From Ramlibacter sp. (lineage in GTDB: Bacteria; Pseudomonadota; Gammaproteobacteria; Burkholderiales; Burkholderiaceae_C), in contig JBKJHN010000128.1 in the NCBI GenBank assembly GCA_046599015.1, positions 126 through 64,125 on the forward strand: a stretch of 64,000 nt of DNA. Direction: 5' to 3'. Position 1 is the first letter of the stretch, and every line of letters starts with the position of its first letter. Position numbers and translations under genes: made by a program. Below, piece by piece: positions 11,596 through 19,732 of this stretch. The notes under the pieces are model-generated. The model was not told the origin of the DNA. It made no database searches and saw nothing but the letters and a program-made list of their open reading frames with translations.

Positions 11596-11694
11596 ATGCA
11601 GAACTTGAAGATCAAAGCACCTCGCCCCTGGGTCGCAACCGCTTGGGCGTCTTCTTTGTCCGCTACCCCTCCTCCACTCTCCGCCTGCCTGTAG
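11596..11694 (+). pseudogene. Probable N-terminal stub of a tyrosine integrase
   Basis: ATG 11596 MQNLKIKAPR, then after a frameshift in the C-run LGRNRLGVFFVRYP, which resembles integrase arm-binding N-termini; located where tRNA-island integrases usually start; cut at the IS256 junction. Confidence 0.35.
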
Positions 11695-12000
11695 AAGTTT
11701 CCCACCGTCGTGGCCGCCTGGCGCGCGGCCTGGAGCCATGTGACTCCGTTCTTCGCCTTCCCGCCGCAAATTCGAAAGGTGATCTACACGACCAACGCGA
11801 TCGAGAGCATCAACGCGCGCTTGCGCAAGATCATCAAGACGCGCGGGCACTTTCCCAGCGACGATGCTGCGACGAAGCTGATCTGGCTGGCGCTGAGAAA
11901 TATCACCGCTGACTGGGGTCGCGCGGCCAAAGACTGGAAGGAGGCGATGAATCAGTTTGCGATCCTCTATGAAGATCGTTTCACGAAAGTCACTGCGTAG
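11695..12000 (+). pseudogene. IS256-family transposase, C-terminal fragment
   Basis: KFPTVVAAWRAAW...PFFAFPPQIRKVIYTTNAIES.NARLRKIIKTRGHFPSDDAATKLIWLAL...WKEAMNQFAILYEDRF, a typical IS256 C-terminus; in-frame TAG just upstream. Confidence 0.9.
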
Positions 12001-12103
12001 AATGAGCACCGACTTTCCCACCGCGGCGGTCGGTTCGTCGCAAGCGCCGACCGCCACCGTGGAAAAATGTTCACCGCCTCGAACACAAAAATTCAGACAG
12101 CCC
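11695..12103 (+). mobile_element. IS256 remnant (right end only)
   Basis: Transposase 3' fragment, hairpin 12014-12066 and terminal ACACAAAAATTCAGACAGCCC resembling an IS256 right inverted repeat. Confidence 0.75.
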
Positions 12104-12338
12104 CGCGGCACGCCGCGCCGACCAAGTAAGCAGGTTCCTGTGAGCGGGGTTCAACGTGCTTACGATCGGTGCGCAACCCCATGGAAGCCAACGGGGCACC
12201 GACGCGCTGACCCGTTTACTCACCAGACATGCCCCGCTGTGACGGCTGGTCCCGCGAACGCGTGTCCGCCTGCATCGTGAGTACCTGACCAAATTGATCA
12301 AGACGTTCGAAAACTGCATCCGACTGGCTTTTTGGTTC

Positions 12339-12365
12339 GTATGCCGAATATCAGATTTGTCATAC
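12339..12365. promoter_or_regulatory. NikR-type operator
   Basis: GTATGCCGAAT-ATCAG-ATTTGTCATAC (9/11 palindromic arms), close to the E. coli nik operator GTATGA-N16-TCATAC but with N15; 24 nt upstream of the nikR-like ATG. Confidence 0.8.
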
Positions 12366-12389
12366 TCACCTTTCTGGAAGCGAGACGCT

Positions 12390-12863
12390 ATGGAACGCAT
12401 CACCATCTCCATGGATACCCAGCTCGCGTCGGACTTCGACGCGTGGATGGCCGAACGCGGCTACTCGAACCGCTCGGAGGCCATGCGGGATATGGTTCGC
12501 GAGCAGCTCGGATGCGCTGCGCTGGGCTTGGGCGAGGCCAAGTGGTGCGTCGCGACCCTCACTTACGTGTATGACCGCAGCGAGCCCGCTGTGGCGGCCA
12601 GGGTCGTGCACTGGCAACACGAGCATCACGATCTGGCTGTCTCCAGCGGAGGCGTTCCGTTGGACCACCGCGACTTCCTGGTGACGGTCGTCGCTCGAGG
12701 CAAGACATCCAGCCTGCAAGCCTGCGCGCGCGAGCTAGTGGCGACACGTGGCGTTCGCCACGGAAACATTCATCTGGTGCCGCTGCGGCCCACCCACTCG
12801 CACACCCACGCGGGAGACTGGGCCGACCACCACAGCCATCGGCACCTCCGCCCCCTTTCCTAA
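12390..12863 (+). CDS. nikR: NikR-family ribbon-helix-helix regulator with an altered metal site
   Basis: MERITIS...RGYSNRSEAMRD RHH domain; TLTYVYD, QHEHHDL and RGVRHG ACT-like domain; His-rich tail. Confidence 0.85.
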   Translation: MERITISMDTQLASDFDAWMAERGYSNRSEAMRDMVREQLGCAALGLGEAKWCVATLTYVYDRSEPAVAARVVHWQHEHHDLAVSSGGVPLDHRDFLVTVVARGKTSSLQACARELVATRGVRHGNIHLVPLRPTHSHTHAGDWADHHSHRHLRPLS

Positions 12864-12879
12864 CGACTGCCCGCCAAAA

Positions 12880-14964
12880 ATGATCAAGACCCCTGCCAAC
12901 CTTCGCTCGGCGCGTCGATGCTTCGCTCTATTCCCCATCGCCTTTGCTGCGATCGGAGCATGGGCGCAAACGGCTCCGAACTCGGAGACCGCCAACACGC
13001 TGGCGCCCGTCCTCGTCCAAGGCTCTCGGAACAGCCAGCTGGGGATTGCCGACTCGGCGAACTCCGGCGTGATCACCCAGAAGCAGCTTGAAGCCCGCAC
13101 CGTTTACCGGCCAGGCGAGGTGTTGGAGGCGACGCCAGGACTGATCGTCAGTCAGCACAGCGGCGAGGGCAAGGCTAATCAGTTCTACTTGCGCGGATTC
13201 AACCTCGACCATGGCACGGACCTGCGAACCACGATTGACGGCATGCTGGTTAACCAGCGCAGCCACGCGCACGGCCAAGGCTGGACGGACCTGAACTTCT
13301 TGATCCCGGAGCTCGTAACGCGCCTGGACTACCGCAAGGGGCCCTACTACGCGTCGGAGGGGGACTTCGCCTCGGCGGGGGCGGCGTCCGTGGTCTACGC
13401 GAACCGTCTGGACCGCGGCATCGCATCGTTCGGGCTGGGGCAGAAAGGGTACCGTCGAACGCTTCTGGCCGATTCGCCGCAATTGGCGGATGGCCGCCTG
13501 CTCTACGCGATCGAGCTGTATCACAACGACGGCCCGTTCGCGCGCCCCGACGACTACCACAAGAAGAACGGTGTTCTGCGGTACAGCCAGGGCTCGGAGA
13601 CCAATGGCTTCAATGTGGCGGCGATGGCTTACGGCGCCAAATGGAAAGCGACCGACCAGATCCCCCTGCGCGCGGTCGCCAGCGGCCAGCTCGACCGCTT
13701 CGGCGCCATCGATCTCACCGACGGGGGCCAGGCCAGCCGCTACAGCCTCTCGGGGGCTTGGCGAGCCACCAACGAGCAAGGCTCGACGAGCGTGAACGTT
13801 TACCTGGTGCGTCAACGGCTCGACCTTTACTCGAACTTCACTTACTTCAACGACGACCCGATCAACGGGGACCAGTTCAACCAGCCCGATCGCAGGACCA
13901 CAGCGGGGGTGAAGGCGACCCATCTCTGGAACGGCAAGTTGATGGGACGCGATTCCCAAACCACGGTGGGCGTCCAGCTGGAGAGCGACAACATCTTCAA
14001 CGCCCTCCACAGCACCGCGGCGCGCCAAAGGATCTCCACCACGCGCGAAGACCACATCGTCGAGAGCAGCTTGGGCGTGTACGTGGAGAACACCACCTAC
14101 TGGACCGATTGGTTCCGCACGCTGGCCGGCCTTCGCGCCGACGCGTATCGGTTCAAGGTGGGCAGCGACAACCCGGCGAACTCCGGGCGCGCCCGCGACA
14201 GCATCGCGAGCCCCAAGTTCGGCATGGTCTTCGGCCCTTGGGCGAAGACTGAATACTATTTCAACGTCGGATCGGGCTTCCATAGCAACGACGCGCGCGG
14301 CACGACCATTGGCGTCGACCCGAAGACCGGAGATGCCGCCAACCGAGTGCTGCCACTGGTACGCTCCAAGGGCGTCGAAGTCGGAGCGCGCTCCGAGATC
14401 ATCCCTGGTCTGCAGAGCGCCTTGTCGGTCTACCGGCTTGATTTCGCTTCGGAGCTGGTGTTCGCGGGCGATGCGGGGACCACATTCGCGGGGCGTCCGA
14501 GCCGCAGGACCGGCTTCGAATTCTCGAACTACTACAAGCCACTGCCTTGGCTGACAGTGGACGCCGACGTGTCCTTCGCTCGAGCGCGTTTCCGCGATTT
14601 CGATCCGGCGGGCAACAGAGTTCCAGGCGCCGTGGAGGGCGTGGCTTCCGTTGCGCTCGCCGTCGACCGGGGTCCTTACTATGGCGCCCTGCAGCTTCGA
14701 TATTTCGGGCCGCGCCCTTTGATCGAGGACAACACGGTTCGCACCAAAAGCACCTCGACCCTGAACGGCCGGATCGGCTACCGTGTCAACAAGGACGTTC
14801 GCATCGAGCTCGAGGGGTTCAATCTGACCAATCGGAAACACTCGGCAATCGATTACTTCTACGCGTCGCGCCTGCCCGGCGAAGCGGCTGAAGTGAACGA
14901 CATTCACTTCCACCCGATCGAGCCGCGATCGTTCCGGGTCAACCTCACCCTTAATTTCAACTAA
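12880..14964 (+). CDS. TonB-dependent outer membrane receptor (putative metal/metallophore uptake)
   Basis: Signal peptide ending AWA-Q, TonB-box-like TLAPVLVQG, plug motif SQHSGEGKANQFYLRGFNLDHGTD, beta-barrel repeats, C-terminal PRSFRVNLTLNF. Confidence 0.9.
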   Translation: MIKTPANLRSARRCFALFPIAFAAIGAWAQTAPNSETANTLAPVLVQGSRNSQLGIADSANSGVITQKQLEARTVYRPGEVLEATPGLIVSQHSGEGKANQFYLRGFNLDHGTDLRTTIDGMLVNQRSHAHGQGWTDLNFLIPELVTRLDYRKGPYYASEGDFASAGAASVVYANRLDRGIASFGLGQKGYRRTLLADSPQLADGRLLYAIELYHNDGPFARPDDYHKKNGVLRYSQGSETNGFNVAAMAYGAKWKATDQIPLRAVASGQLDRFGAIDLTDGGQASRYSLSGAWRATNEQGSTSVNVYLVRQRLDLYSNFTYFNDDPINGDQFNQPDRRTTAGVKATHLWNGKLMGRDSQTTVGVQLESDNIFNALHSTAARQRISTTREDHIVESSLGVYVENTTYWTDWFRTLAGLRADAYRFKVGSDNPANSGRARDSIASPKFGMVFGPWAKTEYYFNVGSGFHSNDARGTTIGVDPKTGDAANRVLPLVRSKGVEVGARSEIIPGLQSALSVYRLDFASELVFAGDAGTTFAGRPSRRTGFEFSNYYKPLPWLTVDADVSFARARFRDFDPAGNRVPGAVEGVASVALAVDRGPYYGALQLRYFGPRPLIEDNTVRTKSTSTLNGRIGYRVNKDVRIELEGFNLTNRKHSAIDYFYASRLPGEAAEVNDIHFHPIEPRSFRVNLTLNFN

Positions 14965-15009
14965 CCTAAGGTGACAGGGTTGTCACCTCCACAGCTCCGG
15001 GATAAAGTA

Positions 15010-15090
15010 GGTGTCCCGACTTGATGTCACGACTTTTTGTCCAACCCCACCGCGAACCCGACGAAAACCTCCCTGATAATCAAGGACTTA
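15010..15090 (+). promoter_or_regulatory. Candidate integrase arm repeats plus IHF site at the distal att end
   Basis: GGTGTCCCG 15010 and GATGTCACG 15023 (13-bp period, as at the other end); AATCAAGGACTTA 15078-15090 matches the IHF consensus WATCAANNNNTTR. Confidence 0.6.
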
Positions 15091-15106
15091 CAGTTGTGGG
15101 GCTGAT

Positions 15107-15123
15107 CCCCATCAGCCACCCCA
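15107..15123 (+). repeat. att core: duplicated 3' end of tRNA-His
   Basis: Identical to 11505-11521. Confidence 0.9.
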
Positions 15124-15136
15124 TCAACAGTCGATG

Positions 15137-15162
15137 ATCAGGCCCTTTTAAGGGCCTGATTT
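15137..15162. terminator. Hairpin terminator, probably the original tRNA-His terminator displaced by the islet
   Basis: ATCAGGCCCTT-TT-AAGGGCCTGAT perfect inverted repeat 13 nt after the duplicated tRNA end. Confidence 0.7.
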
Positions 15163-15245
15163 CATTCGGGATGCACATCTGCGCGCGACTTCGCGTCAGG
15201 CGTGGTCGCCGGCAAGCGGCTGACAGGCCACAGGCCGCAGACCCA

Positions 15246-15539
15246 TCAGACACCTTCGACGAACCGGACGTCCCGCACCACGGCGTCGCCTCCCAGTTCC
15301 GCCAGCGCCCGCTGGTAAGACGCACTTTCGTAAAGGCCGGTAGCAGTTGCCATGTCGTCGAACTCCACCAGGACAACCCGCTGCGGCAAACCATCTTCCT
15401 TGACCGTGGACGGCATGCCTCGCGCCAGAAAGCGCCCGCCAGCTGCAATCACCGCCGGCCCTGCCAGCCTGGCGTAGGCGGCCAACGCGTCAACGTCCCG
15501 TATCTCCCGGTAAGTCACGATCCAGTAGGCCTTGGGCAC
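15246..15539 (-). CDS. DUF1330 domain protein
   Basis: PKAYWIV...AYA..AGPAV.AAGGRFLARG...RVVLVEF...YES..YQ.A...RDVRFVEG; AAGGAG RBS before GTG 15539. Confidence 0.85.
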   Translation of the reverse strand: MPKAYWIVTYREIRDVDALAAYARLAGPAVIAAGGRFLARGMPSTVKEDGLPQRVVLVEFDDMATATGLYESASYQRALAELGGDAVVRDVRFVEGV

Positions 15540-15629
15540 GTTCGCTCTCCTTGGGTGAACCACAGTGAAGATGCCTTGTCAATCCCGTGTTTCTGCATCT
15601 TGGACTGCGCCAGGCGCAGGCCGTATAGT

Positions 15630-15641
15630 GTGATAACAAAT
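15630..15641. promoter_or_regulatory. Candidate GntR operator (copy 1)
   Basis: GTGATAACAAAT between a TATAGT -10-like box (15624-15629) and the gntR start; identical copy at 25336. Confidence 0.6.
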
Positions 15642-16416
15642 GTCAACACCGCACAATCCGGCAATTACCCGAAAGTCCCGGCGCGCGGGCATCGGGGACG
15701 CTCTTGAGCGGGCCAATGCGGCAAAACCGGGCCTCCTGAAAAAACGGGGTGCCGTCCTGGACCGTTCGGGCAATCTGCACGATGCGGCCTACGAGCAGTT
15801 GCGCAACGCGCTGATGGACGGGCACTTCAAGCCTGGCCAGACCTTCACCATCCGGGCGGTGGCGAGCGTCTTCGGAACCAGCCCCATGCCGGTGCGGGAT
15901 GCCCTCAAGAGGCTCGTCGCCGAGCATGCACTGAAGCTCCTGCCTAACCGGTCGGTGGTGCTGCCGGTCATGACACGCGCGCGGTTCCAGGAAATTCTTC
16001 AGATTCGCCTGAGCCTTGAATCCATGCTGGCGGCGCGCGCTGCAACGAAGGTAACGCCAGCGGTGATCGATGCCATGGCCGCGGACCACAAGGCCATGTG
16101 CCAGGCACTGGCGATGGGGCAGACGGCCGAGTACCTGGCTTCCAATCGTCGTTTCCACTTCCGCCTGTATGAAGCGGCTCAGACCGTGGTCATGCAACCG
16201 GTCGTCGAGACCATGTGGATGCAGATCGGGCCCCACCTGAACCAGCTGTTCAGTTCCCGCGAGCGCGCCGTGTCTGATGTGGATCACCATCACAAGGACC
16301 TGCTGCGCGCGCTCCGCAGGCAGGACGCGCCCGCGGCCGCCAAAGCAATCTGGAACGACCTGTCCGCTGCGGCGGACGCCATCCTGGACGCGAACCAGTT
16401 CGAGGAACAATCTTGA
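15640..16416 (+). CDS. GntR/FadR-family (FCD) transcriptional regulator
   Basis: wHTH AYEQLRNALMDGHFKPG...FGTSPMPVRDALKRL; FCD domain NRRFHFRLY...HH; start uncertain. Confidence 0.9.
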   Translation: MSTPHNPAITRKSRRAGIGDALERANAAKPGLLKKRGAVLDRSGNLHDAAYEQLRNALMDGHFKPGQTFTIRAVASVFGTSPMPVRDALKRLVAEHALKLLPNRSVVLPVMTRARFQEILQIRLSLESMLAARAATKVTPAVIDAMAADHKAMCQALAMGQTAEYLASNRRFHFRLYEAAQTVVMQPVVETMWMQIGPHLNQLFSSRERAVSDVDHHHKDLLRALRRQDAPAAAKAIWNDLSAAADAILDANQFEEQS

Positions 16417-16426
16417 CAGGATTCCC

Positions 16427-17359
16427 ATGAGCACCAGCAAGAAAGTCATCATTACCTGCGCTGTGACGGGCTCCATTCACACGCCTAGCATGTCACCCTA
16501 CCTGCCCGTGACGCCGGACGAAATTGCGCAGGCTGCCATAGGCGCTGCGCAGGCGGGCGCAGCCATCGTTCACCTGCACGCCCGCGATCCGGTCGATGGC
16601 CGGCCCGTGCAGACGCCCGAGGCGTTCATGCGCTTCCTGCCACGCATCCGGGATGCCTCGGACGTGGTGATCAACATCACCACCGGCGGCGCTCCCACCA
16701 TGAGCGTCGAAGAACGTCTGCAACCGGCCCTGAAGCTCAAGCCCGAGGTGGCCTCGTTGAATCTTGGTTCCATGAACTTCGGCCTATACGAGATGCTCGA
16801 CCGGTTCAAGGAGTTCAAGCACGACTGGGAGCGGCCGTACCTGGCGGGCAGTGACGACCGCGTGTTCAAGAACACCTTCCGCGACATCGCGCACGTGCTC
16901 GAATCATGCAGTGCCAACGACACGAGGTTCGAACTGGAGTGCTACGACATCGGCCACCTGTACACGGCGGCGCATTTCCTGGATCGGCAACTGGTGAAGG
17001 CGCCTCTGTTCATCCAGTCGGTCTTCGGCCTGCGCGGGGGCATCGGCGCCCACGCGGAGGATGTCCTGCACATGAAGCGAACCGCCGACCGGCTGTTTGG
17101 CAAGGACTACCTCTGGTCCGTTCTGGGGGCCGGCCGCAACCAGATGTATACCGCGGTTCAGTCGGCGGTGATGGGCGGAAATGTTCGCGTGGGACTGGAA
17201 GATAGTCTTTGGGGCGGCCCCGGCCAATTGACGACGAGTAATGCGGAGCAAGTGAGCCGCATCAAACGCATCCTCAATGAGCTGGGGCTGGAAGTTGCAA
17301 CTCCCGACGAAGCCCGGGCGATGCTCAAGCTCAAGGGCGCCGACAAGGTGGGGTTCTGA
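16427..17359 (+). CDS. Beta-keto acid cleavage enzyme (BKACE/Kce, DUF849)
   Basis: IITCAVTGSIHTP, AGAAIVHLHARD, ITTGG, EVASLNLGSMNF, E.ECYD and GGNVRVGLED motifs. Confidence 0.92.
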   Translation: MSTSKKVIITCAVTGSIHTPSMSPYLPVTPDEIAQAAIGAAQAGAAIVHLHARDPVDGRPVQTPEAFMRFLPRIRDASDVVINITTGGAPTMSVEERLQPALKLKPEVASLNLGSMNFGLYEMLDRFKEFKHDWERPYLAGSDDRVFKNTFRDIAHVLESCSANDTRFELECYDIGHLYTAAHFLDRQLVKAPLFIQSVFGLRGGIGAHAEDVLHMKRTADRLFGKDYLWSVLGAGRNQMYTAVQSAVMGGNVRVGLEDSLWGGPGQLTTSNAEQVSRIKRILNELGLEVATPDEARAMLKLKGADKVGF

Positions 17360-17387
17360 GGTCGTGTCGGGCCAAGGAGGACCGCGG

Positions 17388-19712
17388 ATGGACTTCGACA
17401 GTTTGCGCTTCGGCTCGGGCAAGAACGGTGGCCACGACGAGCTAGAGCAACTGCTTCGGGGGCAGGGATCCTTCACCGACGACATCGAGCTCGACGGTCA
17501 GCTCCATGCCTGCTTTGTCCGCAGTCCGATGGCGGCCGCACGCATCCGGAGCATCGACTGCCGTGCGGCGTTGGAACTGCCCGGTGTCAACGCCGTATTC
17601 ACCGGAGAACAGTTTGCGTCGATGGGGTTGCGGCCGATCATGCCCTTGGCCGTGTTTGCCGGGCGCGACGGTCAACCCATGGTCAAGGCTGGCATCCCGG
17701 TGCTGGCCTGGCCCGAGGCTCGCTACGTGGGCGAGGCGGTGGCGCTGGTCGTCGCGGTGGACGCATCCACCGCGCAGCTGGCGGCCGAACAAGTCGTGGT
17801 CGATTGGGAAGCGCTTCCGGCCATCACGAACCCGCTCGATGCCCTTCAGGAAGGCGCACCAGCCGTCCACCCAGACGTGCCTTCCAACATTGCGCTCGAC
17901 TGGGAAGATGGCGATCTGCAGCGGTCGAGCTCGGCTTTCGCCGGCGCCCACCATGTCGAGACCGTGGAACTTGCGGATCCCCCGATCACGGCCTGCGCGC
18001 TTGAACCCAAGGCGGCCATTGCACAGTGGGACGCCGTCACGGGGCGGCTGACGCTGATCGCGCCGACCCAGGGGGTGATGCTGGTGCGCAAGATCCTGGC
18101 CGAACACGTCTTCGACCTGCCGTTAGACAAGGTTCGGGTGATCACACCCCATGTCGGCGGAGGATTCGGCGCGAAGGTCCAGACCTATGCGGAGTACGCG
18201 GCGCTGTTACAGGCCAGCCGCGAGCTGCGGCGCCCGGTCAAGTGGACGGCATCGCGGCTGGAATGCTTCCTGACCGACACGCACGGCCGCAATTCGACCC
18301 TGCGCGCGAAGATGGCATTCGACGCGCAGGGCCGCATCCTCGGAGTCCAGGCGGACGTCGTCGTTGGCATCGGCGCCTACACGTCGACCTACGTGGGCAT
18401 CGTGGCAACCAACAACCTGAAGAACTGCCTTTCCAGCGTCTACCGGATTCCGTCGATTCAGATGCGCTCGCGGCTGGTTTTCACGCACATGATGCCGCAT
18501 GGCCCCTACCGCGGCGCCGGCCGGCCAGAAGCCATCTACATGCTGGAGCGCCTGCTCGACAAGGCCGCTGCGCAGCTGGGCATCGACCGCGTGGAGTTGC
18601 GCAGGCGCAACCTGATCCCGGCCAGCGCAATGCCTTACGCGGCGCCGAACGGACAGGTCTACGACAGCGGCGAGTTCGAGCAGGTGATGGACAAGGCGCT
18701 GGAACTTTCGCAGTGGCACTCGTTCGAGCAACGCCGGCAGGATTCGCAACAGAGCGGGAAACTGCGCGGCATCGGCATCTGCTGCTTCCTGGAGGTGGCC
18801 GGCGGCATTCTGGAAGAACCGGCCGACCTGCGTTTCGGCGATGACGGCACCGTGCGGATCCACATCGGAGCGCAGGACATCGGGCAGGGACACCTGGCCA
18901 CTTACCCGACCCTCATCGCGCGCCGCCTGGGTATTGACGTTGGCCTGGTCCGCCTGGTCGCCGGGGACAGCGACCAGACCCCCGGCCTGGTCGCCACAGT
19001 CGCTTCGCGCTCGACCATGATGGCGGGCAGCGCGACGGTCATGGCCTGCGACGAATCGATACGGCGCGGCAAACTTATCGCGGCGCACCTGCTGGAGGCG
19101 GGCGAGCCGGACGTCGAGTTCAGCGCCGGCGAGTTCCGGGTGGTGGGCACCGACAAGTCAATTCGGCTGATGGACCTGCCGGCGGTGCTGCGCAAAACCC
19201 GCTTGCCAGACGCGCTCCCCGCCACTTTGGACAACGTGGCCAAATTCGTCTCTCCCACCATGAGCTTTCCGAACGGCTGTCACGTGTGCGAAGTGGAGAT
19301 CGATCCGCAAACCGGCTGGGTCGATATCCTGCAGCACACGGCCGTTGACGACGTGGGTGTCGTCCTGAATCATGCGATCGTCCAAGGACAGGTCATGGGC
19401 GGCGTGGCGCAGGGCCTGGGCCAGGTCTTGGGAGAGCGGCTTCACTACGACACGGAAGGCCAGCTGCTCAACGCCTCATTCATGGACTATTCCCTGCTTC
19501 GCGCGGAAGCCATGCCGCCCATCCGGATGGCGCACCATGAAGTACCGTGCCGCAATAATCCCCTGGGCGTCAAGGGCGCGGGCGAATCGGGCGTGGCGGG
19601 CTCGCTCCCCTCTGCAGTGAATGCCATCCTTCATGCGTTGTCGCAAAGGGGCATCACGCAGATGGACATGCCTTTCACGCCAGACCGCGTCTGGACCGCC
19701 CTGCAGACTTAG
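17388..19712 (+). CDS. Xanthine dehydrogenase-family molybdopterin-binding large subunit (CoxL form II-like)
   Basis: VGGGFGAK, PYRGAGRPEA, GQGH, DDVG...GQVMGGVAQG and GVKGAGESG motifs; AGGAGG RBS. Confidence 0.9.
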   Translation: MDFDSLRFGSGKNGGHDELEQLLRGQGSFTDDIELDGQLHACFVRSPMAAARIRSIDCRAALELPGVNAVFTGEQFASMGLRPIMPLAVFAGRDGQPMVKAGIPVLAWPEARYVGEAVALVVAVDASTAQLAAEQVVVDWEALPAITNPLDALQEGAPAVHPDVPSNIALDWEDGDLQRSSSAFAGAHHVETVELADPPITACALEPKAAIAQWDAVTGRLTLIAPTQGVMLVRKILAEHVFDLPLDKVRVITPHVGGGFGAKVQTYAEYAALLQASRELRRPVKWTASRLECFLTDTHGRNSTLRAKMAFDAQGRILGVQADVVVGIGAYTSTYVGIVATNNLKNCLSSVYRIPSIQMRSRLVFTHMMPHGPYRGAGRPEAIYMLERLLDKAAAQLGIDRVELRRRNLIPASAMPYAAPNGQVYDSGEFEQVMDKALELSQWHSFEQRRQDSQQSGKLRGIGICCFLEVAGGILEEPADLRFGDDGTVRIHIGAQDIGQGHLATYPTLIARRLGIDVGLVRLVAGDSDQTPGLVATVASRSTMMAGSATVMACDESIRRGKLIAAHLLEAGEPDVEFSAGEFRVVGTDKSIRLMDLPAVLRKTRLPDALPATLDNVAKFVSPTMSFPNGCHVCEVEIDPQTGWVDILQHTAVDDVGVVLNHAIVQGQVMGGVAQGLGQVLGERLHYDTEGQLLNASFMDYSLLRAEAMPPIRMAHHEVPCRNNPLGVKGAGESGVAGSLPSAVNAILHALSQRGITQMDMPFTPDRVWTALQT

Positions 19713-19732
19713 GCGCGCCCCGGGAACGCCGT

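Larger units (their letters stand above)
11505..15123. mobile_element. Decayed integrative islet inserted at the tRNA-His 3' end
   Basis: 17-bp direct repeat CCCCATCAGCCACCCCA at 11505-11521 and 15107-15123; related 13-bp-period repeats at both ends; IS256 remnant inside. Confidence 0.85.

Noticed and set aside
12104-12338. Possible cobalamin or NiCo riboswitch upstream of nikR (several hairpins, GCCCCGCTGT)
   Set aside because: The B12-box elements (GGGAA...GGTG, CCCGC.ACTGT, AG.CAG.A.ACC) and NiCo consensus are not present in order; an Infernal scan would be needed
12928-14913. 661-aa antisense ORF opposite the TonB-dependent receptor, and similar long shadow ORFs (5963-7795, 23712-25418, 35801-37891, 59918-62068)
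   Set aside because: They overlap well-supported genes on the other strand and carry no recognisable motifs; such ORFs are expected from codon bias in high-GC DNA
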